A stretch of DNA of 40,933 bases from Octopus bimaculoides (taxonomy: Eukaryota): NCBI RefSeq assembly GCF_001194135.2, contig NC_068989.1:21507566-21548498 (forward strand), read 5' to 3'. Shown in pieces: positions 21,757-32,998 of this stretch. How positions within the stretch are numbered: position 1 is the stretch's first letter; the number at the start of each line of letters is the position of its first letter. Under the pieces are notes generated by a model. It made no database searches and was not told the DNA's origin. It worked only from the letters and a program-made list of their open reading frames with translations. The translations under genes were made by a program, and so were the position numbers.

Positions 21757-22560
21757 CTAGCGGGACCCGTGAATATTTCACAGAATTAATAGTAAACCTA
21801 TTGAGTAATTCCTGAAAACTTTATCGAAAAAAACCTGAAAGTGTAGCCTGTGTTGTGTCTGTATCAATGATAGTCGTTCATCTGCTATTCATTGAAAAGT
21901 GGAGGATATTGGAATACCATGATTATTTAATGCACCTTATATATATACTTTATATACTTTATGCACAATTTTATAAACTTAATACACAGCACTCATAAAA
22001 TAAATATTCTCTCTTATTTTTTCCATTTTCCCCATAAACAGATAAAATTACATTTTAAAATTTACATAGTCACAATTTCTGATATAGAAAACAAAAGTTT
22101 TATAGTAAAAAGATAATTTTATATGTAAAATATAGAGGTCACAATTTCACGGGGGTAAACATTTAATGCAACATGGCATACTCTAAAAACCACATTGTTG
22201 GTAACTTATAAGCCAAAACGATGGGTCAAAGCCAATACACATTTGCGTACACCTTTCAATCCAATACTTCTTTAGAGACTATGGTCTTCATGGAAGTTCT
22301 CCCTCTTCTTTTCTCTTGTTTGTTAGTGCTAATAACTTTAACTCTCACATAAGGTAATTTGCGAGCCCTTGAGAATGCAACATACAGCTGACCATGGCCG
22401 AATAAGGTCCAGACAAGAACAACCCCACTTTACCAAATGTCTGACCTTGTGATTTATTGAGTCATTGCACGTGGGAGACGAACGGGAAACTGGTTTCTTT
22501 CTAAAGCGGGCGGCAAGTTTGGGGTGCGGATACATTAAGTGATAGGTGATATAAAAAAAA
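21757..22560 (-). mobile_element. Helitron 3' remnant
   Basis: PIF1 helicase end [50 protein letters not shown] (frameshifted). Terminal hairpin CTGTGAA-ATA-TTCACGG at 21783-21767, then CTAG at 21760-21757 followed by T. Confidence 0.85.
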
Positions 22561-22753
22561 AATGGTTTGATTAAAAAGAAATTACTTTTCACTTTGCACT
22601 CACCATCGCCACTTCCACCACCAATGTCACCACCACTTTCACCACAATCATCTCTCTCTTCCTCTCACTCCCCTCTCTCTTCCTGTCTCTCTCTACCTCT
22701 CTCCCTTCCCTCTTTCTACCTTTCTTTAATCTCACCACCAGAACATCACCTAT

Positions 22754-22971
22754 CTCTTTTACTCTTTTACTTGTTTCAGTCATTTGACTGAGGCCATGCT
22801 GGGGCACTGCCTTTAGTCGAGCAAATCGATCCCAGGACTTATTCTTTGTAAGCCCAGTACTTATTCTATCGGTCTCTTTTTGCCGAACCGCTAAGTTACC
22901 GGGACGTAAACACACCAGCATCGGTTGTCAAGCGATGTTGGGGGGACAAACACAGACACACAAACATATAT

Positions 22972-23023
<52 letters not shown>

Positions 23024-23196
23024 ATATACATATATACGACGGGCTTCTTTCAGTTTCCGTCTACCAAATCCACTCACAAGGCTTTGGTCGGCCCGAGGCT
23101 ATAGTAGGAGACACTTGCCCACGGTGCAACGCAGAGGGACTGAACCCGGAACCATGTGGTTGGTAAGCAAGCTACTTACCACACAGCCACTCCTGC
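22754..23196 (-). mobile_element. SINE family A, full length
   Basis: Reverse complement of the 15649-16081 body. Confidence 0.9.
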
Positions 23197-24029
23197 TAAA
23201 ATTATATTCCTAACTCTCCTCTGTATCATTACCTTCAACTAAGTTTTTTTAACCACGTAATAGATATTACTACCACATGTCATGGACGCTTCTCTCTCCG
23301 TCTTTTCTCTCTCCCTCTCTTTCTTTCTCTCTCTTTCTGCCTCACTCTTCACCTTATCCCCTTTTTCTCGAATCACATGAAAGCGTCTCCGACGGGTTAA
23401 GTAACATAATGACAAGCAGAATTATTATATGACTTTTTTTCACAGATCAACGTTATACGCTTGTTCGCTCGCGATGCATTCACCTATTTCCTTCTCCACC
23501 ACCTATACGGGAAATCATTCTAATCATTGTTCTCTCCCCTGATGTATAATAACTATTTCATCCCTCATTTTTGTAGTATTTCTTTCTTACAAATCATGCA
23601 CTTCTTGTACCAGATAAATCTATTTCCCACCAAACCCTCTCTGTTCTAAGTCACCTAAGACGGAAAAGAAGAAGTCTGAGCACACACCTATTATTAGGAC
23701 TAAGAGAACCAAAATGTCACCAAGAACTATTCAAACTCCTCCCCCACTACTCTTCCTATTATGCCTAAAACTTTAAGGCAATCACCCGAAGGCTGTAATA
23801 TGAGAGAAGCTAGAAATATGAAGCAAAGAGAAGGGGAGAGAGTGAAAGAGAGAGACAGAGAGTTAGAGAAGGAGAAAAAAAGAGACGGAGTTAGACCGAC
23901 AGAGAGAAAGAGAAAGAGAGAGAGAATGCGAGCAGGTGCAGAGAACTGAGGTAAGAGTACCGAAGCAACACCGGATGCCCCAATCTACCCCCTTCTAAGA
24001 AGTCACAACCGAGGAACCTTAATATCTAT

Positions 24030-24226
24030 TTCAAATTTATGCACAAGGCCAGCAACTTTGTGGAAGGGGATAAGTCGATTACATCGACCCCAATGCTTAA
24101 CTGGTACTTATTTTCTCAACCCTGAAAGGATGAAAGACAATGTTATCCGAGACAGAATTTGAACTCAGAATGTAAAGACAGACGAAATGACACTAAGCTA
24201 AACGAACAACTCTGCCAACTCAACGC
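24030..24226 (-). mobile_element. SINE family B, degraded
   Basis: ACATCGACCCC..ACTGGTACTTATTT..GAAAGGATGAAAG..ATTTGAACTCAGAA. Confidence 0.8.
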
Positions 24227-24243
24227 TTTATTAAAATTATAGA

Positions 24244-24337
24244 TGCCCCAGGTGAGGATCGAACTCACGACCTTCATATTCCTCTATATAATAATTTGAT
24301 GATGAGACTGACGTGCTCCCTACTGTGCTACCGAGGC
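24244..24337 (-). tRNA. Elongator tRNA-Met(CAT)-like gene with a 21-nt insert in the anticodon arm; probably a pseudogene
   Basis: GCCTCGG TA GCAC AGTAGGGA GCAC G TCAGT CTCATC [21 nt] A TATGA AGGTC GTGAG TTCGATC CTCAC CTGGGGC A. Acceptor and T stems intact, two D-stem mismatches, TTTT terminator 7 nt downstream (24236-24233). Confidence 0.8.
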
Positions 24338-24360
24338 ACACGAGGAGTCTTAACTTTGGC

Positions 24361-24568
24361 TTCAAATTTTGGCACAAAGCCGGGAATTTCGGGGAAAGGA
24401 TAAGCTGATTACATCGACCCCAGTGTTCAATTGGTACTCATTTAATGAACCCCGATGAGATGAAAGGCAAAGTCGACCTCGGCGGAATTTGAAGTTAGAA
24501 CGTAAAGACGGACAAAATGCCACTAAGCATTTTGCCCGACGTAGTAACAACTCTATCAGATCGACGCC
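24361..24568 (-). mobile_element. SINE family B
   Basis: Same core: GATGAAAGGCAAAGTCGACCTCGGCGGAATTTGAA. Confidence 0.85.
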
Positions 24569-24971
24569 TTAAAAGAAACCTCAATATTAAGAATGCAAAC
24601 GGCATTGAGAGCAGCCTTTAGTCAAATAACTTAGGCCTTTTTGGTAGCACCTGGTAATCCTCAAACGGATCATGTCTCGAAGAGCAAAACAAATAAAAAT
24701 GGATGCCTTCTCAGCATGTGATTCATCAATACTAATAACGCAATTCTAAAGGAGTAAATCTCGAAAATTATATTTGGATAAGTTGTGCTCGTGAGTAGCG
24801 AACAGTAGACAACCAAGAAAAAGGACAACTTTGAAATAAGCCAAACACAGTAGGAGAAATCCCGGTTTGAGGCGGTTTAACTGCCTTATAAAGAAGGCAG
24901 ATGGAGCCCCTCTGAATCTTGGCTGATAATCTATCTAGTTTCTCTCTCTCTCCCTCTCTCCCTCTCTCTCT

Positions 24972-25011
<40 letters not shown>

Positions 25012-25021
25012 NNNNNNNNNN

Positions 25022-25062
<41 letters not shown>

Positions 25063-25129
25063 ACTTAAACAACTTCTATGGGTAAAATGTCTGAAAGAAA
25101 TATGACAACGGTGTAAATGGAACTGGGAC

Positions 25130-27420
25130 CAGCGTTGAAGGTCCCGTGCCCCACAGACATCCTATTGAGCGGCAGGATGGACCCGTTTGTCAACTTGTGA
25201 CTAGCTAACATACAAGAGTTATGAAAAAAGCAGAGCAAAGAATTAAATACAATTGTTATGGAGTGCTACTATAGGAGCCAACCCATAGATGAAAATGGAG
25301 TACCATTAATAGGATAAAATGAAGCATGTACCATGATTAGCTACAACGTGGGATATCTGAAACCACAGAACAATGATAATGCAACCAGGTCTGAATGATT
25401 AGAATGAAAGGTATTTAACAGATTAACCCTGAACGTAATTCAGAGAAGAGTATATGAAGACGACGACAATGCAGAAGAACGTAATATTGATCATAAAGAA
25501 GAGCTGACCGAGACTATATCAGCTCCTCAAACAGTAGAACAAATATAAATCAATTTGCCTGAGATGTCAATCTTAACTGACACATCCATCAGAGATGGAG
25601 AAAAAAAGAATTGTAGATCGAGTAGTGGAGTTAGTAAGGGTGAAGATTTTTGGAGTGAAATATGACTTTAAGAAAAGCCGATAGAAGCTGATGCAGCAAA
25701 TAGGAAAAGTAAACAGGATCTTAAAGTAATATACACACAAATAATATTACTGAAACTAATAGATAAATAAAGGTAGCAAGTAGAATGATAGTAGAAAATA
25801 TGGATTTAAAGTGAGATGTTTGCTAAGCGATAAAAGTATACTGAACAGAAGGATTGACAATGAACCATTATGGAAGAGGGGATCCTTGGATTTATAAAAA
25901 AAAAAAGAATACAGTGATCTGTTAGGATTAGACAAAAGAAGGAAGAAAGAACTGAAGAATATGTGCAAATACATGTTGAAAGAAAGGTATGGTATTGATT
26001 TCAAAGAATTGCTAGTAGTCATCGCGGAATTAAACATCGTGTGCAAGCTAAGAGGACCAAAATCACTCGATATGATCGGAGAATCAAACAGTATAGACAA
26101 AACAGACACTTCAAAATTGAACAAAAATGATCTTATACGGAAATATGTTGTTGTTGTTGTTGTTGGCACTCCGTCGCTTACGACGTCGAGGATTCCAGTT
26201 GATCCGATTAACGGAACAGCCTGCTCGTGAAATTAACGTGCAAGTGGCTGAGCACTCCACAGACACGTGTACCCTTAACGTAATTCTCGGGGATATTCAG
26301 CGTGACACAGTGTGACAAGGCTAACCCTTTCAATTACAGGCACAACAGAAACAGGAAGTAAGAGTGAGAGAAAGTTGTGGTGAAAGAGTACAGCAGGGTT
26401 CACCACCATCCCCTGCCGGAGCTTCGTGGAGCTTTAGGTGTTTTCGCTCAATAAACACTCACAACGCCCGGTCTGGGAATCGAAACCGCAATCCTATGAC
26501 CGCGAGTTCGCTGCCCTAACCACTGGGCCATTGCGCCTCCACAATACGGAAATAAATGGAGTAACAAAAATACATGCGCCCTAAATGCGGAAGAAAGTCA
26601 AAGATTCTGAAACAATATATAAGGGAAAAGGAAACACACAACGCTAATGTAGTGTGACCACACAACATGAAAGAAATAAGACATTAGGATAAGTAACGAG
26701 GATGTACAACGATTTGGAGTGGTGATACTAAAACAGAGGTAAAGTCCAGTAAGTGGATAGTGTGAAGTTGACGACAGGAGAGGTAATGAAGAAATAGCCA
26801 AGAAAGGTTACAGGTATCTGGGCATATTGGAAGTTGGTGAAGTGATAAAACGCCAAATGAAGATATCCTATCAAGAGTATTACAGAAAGCTGAAATTGAT
26901 TTTGATAACTAAATTAAATGGGAGGAATGAGCATAAATTCATGTGCAAGTGTCTTCTTAAAATATGGGGCAGTAGTACTACAATAACGAACAGAAGAACT
27001 ACATTCCTTGTGAAAGAAGACTACTGACAATACACGGTTCATCACATCCGAAAAGTAATGTCGACAGGCGACGCTTTGCGAGAGAGAAAGAAGGGTGGGG
27101 ATTGCTAAGTTGTGAGGATTGTATTCAGACAGAGAGAAACTTGTTATACAAAGAATGTAAAAGAATAATTAAGTGTACAGGGAAGTCAGGGGTGTTGCGT
27201 ACGAAAAACAGCCAAGAGAAAATGAATTACAAAAGAGACAGAAACGAAATGGGGACACAACTGAAAGGATAAGAAGGTGCACAGTCAGTTCTTGAGAAAG
27301 TTATCGAAGAACACAGACCCAATATAGCTGTGGCTTAAGAAAAGCAACCTGAAACGGAGGCCTTGATAAGTGCATCAATGAAACAAGCATTAAGAGTTTG
27401 TTATTTCAAGTACAAAATTG
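25130..27420 (+). mobile_element. Highly degenerate R4/Dong-like non-LTR retrotransposon interrupted by a SINE
   Basis: EPLWKR, GYRYLGILE..YQEYYRKLKLILITKLNGRN, HPKSNVDR...EKGGGLLSCEDC, and KVHSQFLR..WLKKSNLK motifs across frames. Confidence 0.7.
26146..26543 (-). mobile_element. SINE family C, full length (tRNA-Arg-like head, (AAC)n tail), with TSD
   Basis: Head GGAGGCGCAATGGCCCAGTGGTTAGGGCAGCGAACTCGCGG..GGTTTCGATTCC. 11-bp TSD ATACGGAAATA at 26135-26145 and 26544-26554. Confidence 0.9.
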
Positions 27421-27451
27421 TGTGTGTGTGTGTGTGTGTGCGTGTGCGTGC

Positions 27452-27485
<34 letters not shown>

Positions 27486-27869
27486 GTATGCATGTATGTT
27501 TCTGTATGTGTGTGTACTATATATAGTAAAAATTTATCTGGGACAAGTGAATTAGGCCCAGAAATTAGGCATGAAAAATTACATCAATACACCAAATTTG
27601 AAAATTTTCACTTAATTTTGAAATTTCAAAAAGTGCAGCCAAACAGAAAAGAAAGACAGGCAGGCAGGCAGGCAGACAGACAGACAGGCAGGCTGACAGG
27701 TAAATAGATAGACAGAGACGCGCGTGCACACACACACACATTTTATTCACTATCCCTAGGGTTGTCAAGTGAGTAGAATATGCTTTGCTGAAGAATTCTA
27801 ATAAAGCCGAAACATACTCATTACTATCACCAATTGGTTTAATAGGCTAAATCCACTCCAATCTGCGTT

Positions 27870-28060
27870 GTGTGCATATGGTCAGAAGTATTTCTTGTGA
27901 CCTTTCACGTTCTCTGTTCAAATCCCACTGAGGTCGACTTTGTTTTCATCCTTTCGGGGGCAATGAAATAAGTATCGGTTGAGCACTGGTGTAGCACTGA
28001 AATCGATGTAACTGACTTGCCGACTTTCCCCAAAATTCAGGCCATATGTGTATAATAGGT
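27870..28060 (+). mobile_element. SINE family B, degraded
   Basis: GTTCAAATCCCACTGAGGTCGACTTTG..TTTCATCCTTTCGGGG. Confidence 0.75.
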
Positions 28061-28293
28061 AGAATTATCTTAGATATGTGTGATCCTGTTGTTTAGAAAT
28101 ACGGTTCAATGAAGATGTTTTATAAGGCAATCGAGCTGCAAGAAATCACAGTTAAATCTCAATCAATTCATACCTCTCCGCATATGAAAGAAAGGAGCAT
28201 TGGATAATGAAATTCTTGGATACACTGTGTTTGAAGTACATAAAAGATGAGAGGATCCCTGCTGGAAAACTTTTGATTACTGTTCAAAGTTCT

Positions 28294-28295
<2 letters not shown>

Positions 28296-28343
<48 letters not shown>
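28296..28343 (+). repeat. 48-nt poly(A) run
   Basis: Seen directly; may be the tail of the degraded element immediately upstream. Confidence 0.9.
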
Positions 28344-28346
<3 letters not shown>

Positions 28347-28667
28347 AAGCTAACCTATTGGCTAAAGAAGAATAGAAAGAGTGTATATATTGTACATATT
28401 TATATAGGGGTAAACATATATATATTCATACACTCACGCGCACATACACACAAATTATACTCTACTGACAAGTTCAAGTCTCACCACAGTCGAGTTTATT
28501 TTTCCATCTTTCAGAGGTCGGTAAAATAAAACGCCAGTCAAATTTTGGGATAGCCAATGTAATCAACAAACACACTTCCCTCAAGAAAATATGTTATCCT
28601 TGTACCTATATCAGGAATCATTTTAGATACATGTCTGAGAAATTTGATCCATTATTCTTTTTTGAAA

Positions 28668-28699
<32 letters not shown>

Positions 28700-29297
28700 A
28701 ATTATTAGTTTTAATATTCCCCAACATTTCAGTTTTGCTTCTTGGATAAATTTCATAGTTTCCAGTTTCAGACGAATGGCGTCAGTGGAATATGGCTGAA
28801 ATGAAATTTAGTTCAGTTCAGGAAGTAGAAATAATAAGGTCAGGACGGAGTGAGTCTTCACAGCATTTTCGAGAAATAATGACGTATTTAGGTTAAGGCT
28901 AAGGGCAATATTTTTTTTTTTTTTTAGGAATTAGAAGTATCAAATGTACTGCTGCTGATTTTTTTTGGTGAAGTTTCGGATCATTCTTCCCCACTCCTTC
29001 TACTTTTAGCAGGTCTAATCATTGCATACCTGTCTCCACGTGGTTGTATAGTTGTCTTTAACAACGGTTATATTCATACAAAGTTATAATTTAACACTAT
29101 AATAATACAAGCTTTCTATATTTCATTGTAACAATGTGTGTGGATACATTTAAGAAATCTATTTTTAACCGCTTTCAAATATTTCAGACATGTGAAAGAA
29201 AGTGTGCTATTGTTTAAAAGAAGGTCATACTTGTTAATGGATAAATTAATATGAATACGATTCTAGGAAGCAGTCAGATCTGTTTGAATTCATCCGT

Positions 29298-29382
29298 CTC
29301 GTGGAGCTTTAGGTGTTTTCGCTCAATAAACACTCCTATGACCGCGAGTCCGCTGCCCTAACCACTGGGCCATTGCGTCTCC
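29298..29382 (-). mobile_element. SINE family C, 5' fragment with an internal deletion
   Basis: Matches 26426-26540 but lacks the ACAACGCCCGG..CGCAATC segment that contains the B box. Confidence 0.8.
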
Positions 29383-30688
29383 NNNNNNNNNNNNNNNNNN
29401 NNNNNNNNNNNNNNNNNNNNNNNNNNNNNNNNNNNNNNNNNNNNNNNNNNNNNNNNNNNNNNNNNNNNNNNNNNNNNNNNNNNNNNNNNNNNNNNNNNNN
29501 NNNNNNNNNNNNNNNNNNNNNNNNNNNNNNNNNNNNNNNNNNNNNNNNNNNNNNNNNNNNNNNNNNNNNNNNNNNNNNNNNNNNNNNNNNNNNNNNNNNN
29601 NNNNNNNNNNNNNNNNNNNNNNNNNNNNNNNNNNNNNNNNNNNNNNNNNNNNNNNNNNNNNNNNNNNNNNNNNNNNNNNNNNNNNNNNNNNNNNNNNNNN
29701 NNNNNNNNNNNNNNNNNNNNNNNNNNNNNNNNNNNNNNNNNNNNNNNNNNNNNNNNNNNNNNNNNNNNNNNNNNNNNNNNNNNNNNNNNNNNNNNNNNNN
29801 NNNNNNNNNNNNNNNNNNNNNNNNNNNNNNNNNNNNNNNNNNNNNNNNNNNNNNNNNNNNNNNNNNNNNNNNNNNNNNNNNNNNNNNNNNNNNNNNNNNN
29901 NNNNNNNNNNNNNNNNNNNNNNNNNNNNNNNNNNNNNNNNNNNNNNNNNNNNNNNNNNNNNNNNNNNNNNNNNNNNNNNNNNNNNNNNNNNNNNNNNNNN
30001 NNNNNNNNNNNNNNNNNNNNNNNNNNNNNNNNNNNNNNNNNNNNNNNNNNNNNNNNNNNNNNNNNNNNNNNNNNNNNNNNNNNNNNNNNNNNNNNNNNNN
30101 NNNNNNNNNNNNNNNNNNNNNNNNNNNNNNNNNNNNNNNNNNNNNNNNNNNNNNNNNNNNNNNNNNNNNNNNNNNNNNNNNNNNNNNNNTGACCGCGAGT
30201 TCGCTGCCCTAACCACTGGGCCATTGCGCCTCCACTGTAGTGCTGTATGACAAGTCAAATGAGGAACTCGTCGAAGAATTGTGCACTTGAGCAGACACGG
30301 TTACAGTGGGTTCAGGAACGTACACCTATATACAAGGATGGTATAGTTGCTTGTTGCTGATCCAGAAGCTATTCTCAAGAATAATGAAATTCAAGGATGA
30401 ATTTAAATATTGGAAGACAAAAATAAAAATGGATATAAGTGAGCTACCAGGCTACATAGATTATATGGACCTTCTAACGGAATATATGAATGACATTTTT
30501 TCTGGAATTCAGATCAAAGTAAGGTATAAATGAAATCGCTTGGAGGTGGGGCCGAAAAGCTTTTACTCTTTTACTCTTTTACTTGTTTCACTTCCAACAA
30601 ACGTCGGGTACAGCAGCTAGTGATAACACACACACACACATGTGCACACACATACACGCATGTACATGTACGTGTGCGCAATCGCGTG

Positions 30689-30749
<61 letters not shown>

Positions 30750-30919
30750 ACATAACAGAAAACTGTAAAGGACGAACATTAATAAAAATACTAAATATTC
30801 TGATTGTCTCTGCTGTGTCCTCGTCCTACTTAGGGAAAGTAATTGTGTTGAGTGATTAGTTAGAAAGGAACTTGTTTAGATCTGTACCAAGCAGGAGTCT
30901 GTGAGCTTGATAATTTCAT

Positions 30920-31318
30920 TATTGTTGATGGTGGTAGTGGTGGTAGTGGTATAGTGGTGATGGTTGTGATGGTGATGGTAGTGAAGTTATCAGGCGGTTG
31001 TGGTGGTGATTGGGTTCGACGTGGCAGTGGAAGGTTTTGGCGGCTGTAATGGTATCGGGAGGGTAGAAGTGTCTGAGGATATGGTGACAAGGGCAGTGGT
31101 ACTGACGGTAATTAGTGGTGGTGATTGTAGTGAGTGGTGGTGGTGGTGGCGGTGGTGGTGGTGTTAGAGTGGGAGGAGGTAGTGGAGAAGTCAGTGGAGG
31201 AGGCGGTAGGCAAGCTGGCGACAGTAATTGTGATGTCAGTGTTGTTGCTGTTAGTGGTGGTAGTGACTGATTGTCGAGTGGTGGTTGTATCTGTATGGCA
31301 GTGGTAGTGATTGTGGAG

Positions 31319-31366
<48 letters not shown>

Positions 31367-31615
31367 ATGATTTTGATGATGAGGCCGCTGGTGGCGGAGA
31401 TTATCGCGGAAGTGGTGGCAGTGAGTGGTAATTGTGTACCGAGTTGGCGGTGGTAGTAACGGTAGACTGTGGTTGTGATGTGGTGGCAGTAATTATGTTC
31501 GAGGTAGTAGTGAAAGTGGTAACTCTGATGGTGATAGTTGTAGTGGAGACGGGAACGGTGATTGTGAAGGTAGTAGTAGTAGTAGTAGTAGTAACAGCAG
31601 CAGCAAATGGGCTAA
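30920..31615. repeat. Degenerate (GGT/AGT/GAT)n trinucleotide low-complexity tract
   Basis: Seen directly; includes pure (AGT)n runs. Confidence 0.9.
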
Positions 31616-31624
31616 ATTGATACT

Positions 31625-31910
31625 ACAAAAGGATGCTACAAATGGCTCTAAATGTGAAATGGGAGAAACAAATGACAAATGAATTGCCTTTATTGAGACC
31701 TGTCGAAGGTTAGTGAGAAGATCACACAAAACAGCTGTGACTATCTCATTACTGCGTGCGCCACCCTAAGCTGGAAGCCTCCAAATTAGTCTTACGAAAC
31801 CCCAGAGAAAAAGATCGTCACACATCGACAACTTGATTGCAGACACTAGCCTGGAATATATCCAGAACCTCGAAGCAGAGATGATAGACCGAGAACTGTG
31901 ACAGGTAGAC
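31625..31910 (+). mobile_element. RTE-X-like LINE 3' coding fragment
   Basis: RMLQMALNVKWEKQMTN; HYCVRHPKLEASKLVL; IDNLIADTSLEYIQNLEAEMIDREL. Confidence 0.7.
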
Positions 31911-32564
31911 TTTGTTGCCGTAATAATAAGTAACCCGGCCGTAATAATAAATATTTCCGAAAGTTTGTGTTCCCGGTTTCCAGTAAGGAGTAATGGGACA
32001 CAATGAGTAACATTTACTGCATTTTTTGTTTTGAGAAAAAAAGATTTTTTTATACATATTCACTATCCAACAAATACTACATCAGCTAAGCAAATGACCT
32101 TCTCTAAATGCATTAAAAACACGATAACATACTTAGAACACTATTTCAGAAAATTACCTCCGTTCTCTTTGAGTATATAAAAGACAAAATTTAGATGGGG
32201 TAAAATGAGTAAGACACGATAAAAGTAAACTTGCTTTTTCAATTCTCCAGAAATGCATTTGAAAAAACTCATGCACATCAATATCTAAATCAAATGAAAG
32301 GGAATCATGGTAAAATGACATTATATGAAATTAACGAAACTTGACTAAATAAAAAGACTCAACGTAAAATATTCTCTTCTCTGTAACTTCTTCATGATCA
32401 GCTGGAGTGGCTCTCTAAGGAATTCTGGTTTAAGCACCCCATATAACTTTTCAAGTTTTAAAATTTTTTGGAATTTTCAAAACACACGAGGATTCATACA
32501 ACTATGACAATTTTTTTTTCTTTTTTTTTTAATTTTTCGAATTTTTTTTTTTTAATTACAGACA

Positions 32565-32735
32565 GTCGCAGGAGGGGCTGTGTGGTAAGTAGCTTGCTTA
32601 CCAACCACATGGTTCCGGGTTCATTCCCACTGTGTGGCACCTTGGGCAAGTGTCTTCTACTATAGCTTCGGGCCAACCAAAGCCTCGTGAGTGGATTTGG
32701 TAGACGGAAACTGAAAGAAGCCCGTCGTATATATG
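32565..32735 (+). mobile_element. SINE family A, 5' half ending in the N gap
   Basis: Head and core match the other copies; the gap begins at the central microsatellite. Confidence 0.9.
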
Positions 32736-32998
32736 NNNNNNNNNNNNNNNNNNNNNNNNNNNNNNNNNNNNNNNNNNNNNNNNNNNNNNNNNNNNNNNNN
32801 NNNNNNNNNNNNNNNNNNNNNNNNNNNNNNNNNNNNNNNNNNNNNNNNNNNNNNNNNNNNNNNNNNNNNNNNNNNNNNNNNNNNNNNNNNNNNNNNNNNN
32901 NNNNNNNNNNNNNAAACATCAATACGTCAAAATCACAAAGAAACAAGGAGGGTATCAGGTGGTCGTGAGATGTGCTAAAAATAACAGCTAAATAGCCC

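Noticed and set aside
30190-30235. Apparent tandem second copy of the SINE C head across the 29383-30189 gap
   Set aside because: Nearly identical sequence on both sides of a gap is most simply an unmerged contig overlap between alleles.
30860-31620. Val/Thr/Pro-rich ORFs
   Set aside because: Translations of degenerate trinucleotide repeats.
19411-32520. 13-kb composite element bounded by inverted copies of the unclassified repeat
   Set aside because: The right copy is partial and diverged, no TSD was found, and independent insertions explain it.
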